From the NCBI RefSeq assembly GCF_006345805.1, contig NW_021835439.1, forward strand, positions 1 to 39,855: 39,855 nt of DNA, written 5' to 3'. The number at the start of each line of letters is the position of its first letter. Positions within the stretch are counted from its first letter, which is position 1. The notes under the pieces are model-generated. The model did not search any database. It was not told the origin of the DNA and was given only the letters and a program-made list of their open reading frames with translations. The stretch is from Octopus sinensis. Its lineage: Eukaryota. A program made the position numbers and the translations under genes. Shown here piece after piece: positions 36,975-39,855 of the stretch.

Positions 36975-37040
36975 CATCTACAGCTGTTTCAAGAGCCACT
37001 GCACAAACATCAAATTGGCAGTGGCCCCTTCATCAGGACA
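36975..37040 (-). ncRNA. Candidate type-I hammerhead ribozyme
   Basis: Minus strand UGUC CUGAUGA AGGGGCCACUGC (15-nt loop) GCAGUGGCUCUU GAA ACAGCUGU A GAUG. It has a canonical core, a 12-bp stem II, a palindromic stem III, a GUA triplet and a 4-bp stem I with two G.U pairs. Confidence 0.75.
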
Positions 37041-37817
37041 AAAGAATATATCTTCATCAGAGAGGTTTCCTCTTCTGGTTATCCATCATTATTATTACAT
37101 GAAACAAAAAAAAAAAGGAACACTTATATAGAGTGGGTAGGGAATAAAAATAAATAGGCCTAAGAATAAAAAGAATTAAAAAATTAAAAACTAAAATCCT
37201 GATTGTATCAGCAAGGCCTATTCTAAAATTCATAATTTTTATCACAATCAAATGAGTAGCTAGGATTCAGAAATTATTTGAATCACTATCCAGTTTCAAA
37301 ACCAGGCAGACAAACAAATGGTCATCTAACAGGCTTGATTTTATTTTTGTATTTCATCTTTGGATTTGGTTTGCAAGATTCTTTATATGAGTTCGTGTGT
37401 TAAAGCATATTCTGTTGTGTCTGGGGAGAGTCATTTTCTTTTTGTGCCTTATAATTTTAACACACTCACTGGTAAAATTTCCACTTATTTCTTATTTTTA
37501 TTTTCCTAAAATTTTCGTTGCGTCTTGCAACCTTGTATATATTCAAAAATGTTGAAAAATTTATGATTGCCACAACACACAGCCCAGTCCAGGAATCGAA
37601 CTCACTATCTCATGATTGTGAGCCTGGCATTCTAACCACTGAGTCAGGTGCCTTCACCAGGCCTAAAAATTCTGCCTGTTTTACCATAAACCAGCCAGAT
37701 CTGACCTCCCACACCTACCCTACAATGTCATTCTAAGAATAAAATGTTACACCTTTGCTGCAGTTCCCTTGAAGGGTTTGGTTCAACAAATCAATCCCAG
37801 TACCTATTTTCAGTCCT

Positions 37818-38165
37818 GCGCATGGCTCAGTGGTTAGAGCGTCGAGCTTACGATCGTGAGGTTGTGAGCTCGAATCCCGGACCGGGCTGCATGTTGTGTT
37901 CTTGAGCAAGACACTTTATTTCACATTGCTCCAGTTCACTCAGCTGTAGAAATGAGTTGTGACGTCACAGGTGCCAAGCTGTATCGACCTTTGTCTTTCC
38001 CTTGGATAACACTGGTGGCGTGGAGAGGGAAGGCCGGTATGCATGGGCGACTACTGGTCTTCCATAAAAACAACCTTGCCCAGACTTGTGCCTCAGAGGG
38101 TAACTCTCTAGGTGCAAACCCATGGTCACTCATGACCGAAGGGGGTCTTTACCCTTTACTTACTT
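37818..38165 (+). mobile_element. tRNA-headed SINE family 3
   Basis: A-box TGGCTCAGTGG and B-box-like GCTCGAATCC, then a body ending ggtgcaaacccatggtc...ctttacccttta. Related copies: 34556-34875, 17680-17810, 11095-11170 and 37575-37655 (-). Confidence 0.8.
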
Positions 38166-38254
38166 TATTGGGTCTTTTTTTTCTTTTTTTTTTTTTGGTA
38201 AACCATTAACTTACAGGGACATAAAGAAAGTGTTAAGTTTTAGAAAAAGAAGGG

Positions 38255-38485
38255 GGCGAGCTGACAGAAACGTTAGTATGTCGGGCAATATGCTTAGCAG
38301 TATTTCGCCTGCCACTACGTTCTGAGTTCAAATTCCGCTGAGGTCGACTTTGCCTTTCATCCTTTCGGGGTCGATAAATTAAGTACCAGTTACGCACTGG
38401 TTTCGATATAATCGACTTAATCCGTTTGTCTGTCCTTGTTCGTCCCCTCTGTGTTTAGCCCCTTATGGGTAGTAAAAAAAATAGG
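38255..38485 (+). mobile_element. tRNA-headed SINE family 2
   Basis: GGCGAGCTGACAGAAACGTTAG...GAGTTCAAATTCC...GGTCGACTTTGCCTTTCATCCTTTCGGGGTCGATAAATTAAGTACCAG. Related copies: 1150-1265, 12000-12135, 12140-12370 and 33394-33592 (+); 20590-20995 (two copies) and 21530-21695 (-). Confidence 0.8.
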
Positions 38486-38627
38486 TAAGTTTTAGAAAAA
38501 GGAGTAACAAATTCCACACTGAAAGATGAAAACAAAATGGAGCTAACCAGTCCCTTATGTTCCTGGTCTGCCAAACAACAAAACAGAACGGAAAATTTTG
38601 AATGTTGACTTTTAAAATACCGTTTAA

Positions 38628-38847
38628 CCCTTTAGTGTTTAAACTGGCCATATCCGGCCAAAGTTTTCTACCTATTTTATGTTTAAACTGACCAGATCAG
38701 GCCTCTCACACCTAACCTACATTGACATTCTAAAAATAAACAATCACATCATTGAAACCTCAAAGCTATAAGATAATGCATGATTAATTCAAAATAATTT
38801 GAGTGAAAAAGTATTACATTTAACAGAGTAATCTGAACACTAAAGGG
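38628..38847 (+). mobile_element. piggyBac-like MITE with TTAA target duplication
   Basis: TTAA|CCCTTTAGTGTT...AACACTAAAGGG|TTAA, with TTAA at 38624-38627 and 38848-38851. Confidence 0.8.
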
Positions 38848-39403
38848 TTAAACAAACAAAATTTACAAGTGACTTTAAGAGTTGATACAATAACTGCACC
38901 AACGACATCACCGCTACCACCAAATATAACAACAATAATACTAATAATAATAGTAATGCAGCACCGACAGATATTTCTGCAACAGGATGCATCAGTATAT
39001 AGGCTTTCAATTCAATGATAAATTGCTCACACTTGCTCCCTTTCTCACACACCCAGATGCACAGAGGTGGATAGATAGATAGATAGATAGATAGAGAGTG
39101 AGAGGGAGAGATTGAGAGAAAGAAAGAGAGAGGAGAGAGAGTGATGAGTTGATAGATAGGTTGATAGGCAGGTAGGCAGGTAGGTAGGCTTGTAGGCAGG
39201 CAGGCAGGTAGGTAAGTTGGTGGCTATACTCCTGCAAATAGAAAAACTGACATTAAAATAATATAGATACACGCATATATGTATATGTGTGTATATATAT
39301 ATACACACATATCTTTAAATATATATATATATGCACACATACACATATGTGCCATGCACCACATATATCTATATATATATATATTTGTGTGTGTATATAT
39401 AAA

Positions 39404-39474
<71 letters not shown>

Positions 39475-39493
39475 GCATATACATATATATACA

Positions 39494-39559
<66 letters not shown>

Positions 39560-39604
39560 TTATAAAGAGATAGGGGTTGAAAATTCAACCCACCATGGAT
39601 ATAT

Positions 39605-39645
<41 letters not shown>

Positions 39646-39855
39646 ACATGTATATATATATATGGTTGGATTAAAAATTCTTGTGCATACTTATATGTAT
39701 GTATGCATAACCATGCATATATTATTTCCTGTTTGACTGTTTGATATATCTGCAATTCTTAATAATTCAAAAATTTATACTAAAAAAAAACAATCTACAA
39801 GTTTTCCCTCCTCCCACCACACCCACTTTCTCTTCCTCTTCTTTCCCTCTTTCTC

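Noticed and set aside
37045-37080. Second CUGAUGA just upstream of the 36975-37040 motif, preceded by a small hairpin
   Set aside because: It lacks GAAA and NUH, so it is at most a remnant.
37818-37895. tRNA gene
   Set aside because: The A/B boxes continue into a multi-copy SINE body and no complete cloverleaf is evident. It is a tRNA-derived SINE head.

Overview
AT-rich, microsatellite-dense eukaryotic DNA. The SINE/LINE families and the (TA)n/(CA)n/(CAT)n landscape match coleoid cephalopod (Octopus-like) genomes; this assignment rests on recognition, not a database search. I can support only one host coding exon: a 191-bp + strand exon at 29779-29969 encoding part of the last C2 domain (C2F) of an otoferlin-like ferlin. 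Most of the window is therefore probably its introns. The remainder is transposon debris: a young 5'-truncated RTE-type LINE with one frameshift, RTE 3'-tail fragments, at least three tRNA-headed SINE families, mariner and maT/Tc1-like remnants, a non-autonomous Helitron, TTAA-flanked MITEs, tandem R4/Dong-type fragments and long simple-repeat fields. The main signal not explained by the ORF track is a set of eight loci carrying type-I hammerhead-ribozyme motifs of the Penelope-like-element kind. Three look near-intact (3672-3725 +, 11314-11391 +, 36975-37040 -). Four loci sit inside foldback/inverted-repeat structures in which an antisense arm can pair with the ribozyme arm. All folding and alignments were done by eye and need computational and experimental confirmation. 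Almost all other ORFs in the track are microsatellite or SINE read-throughs.
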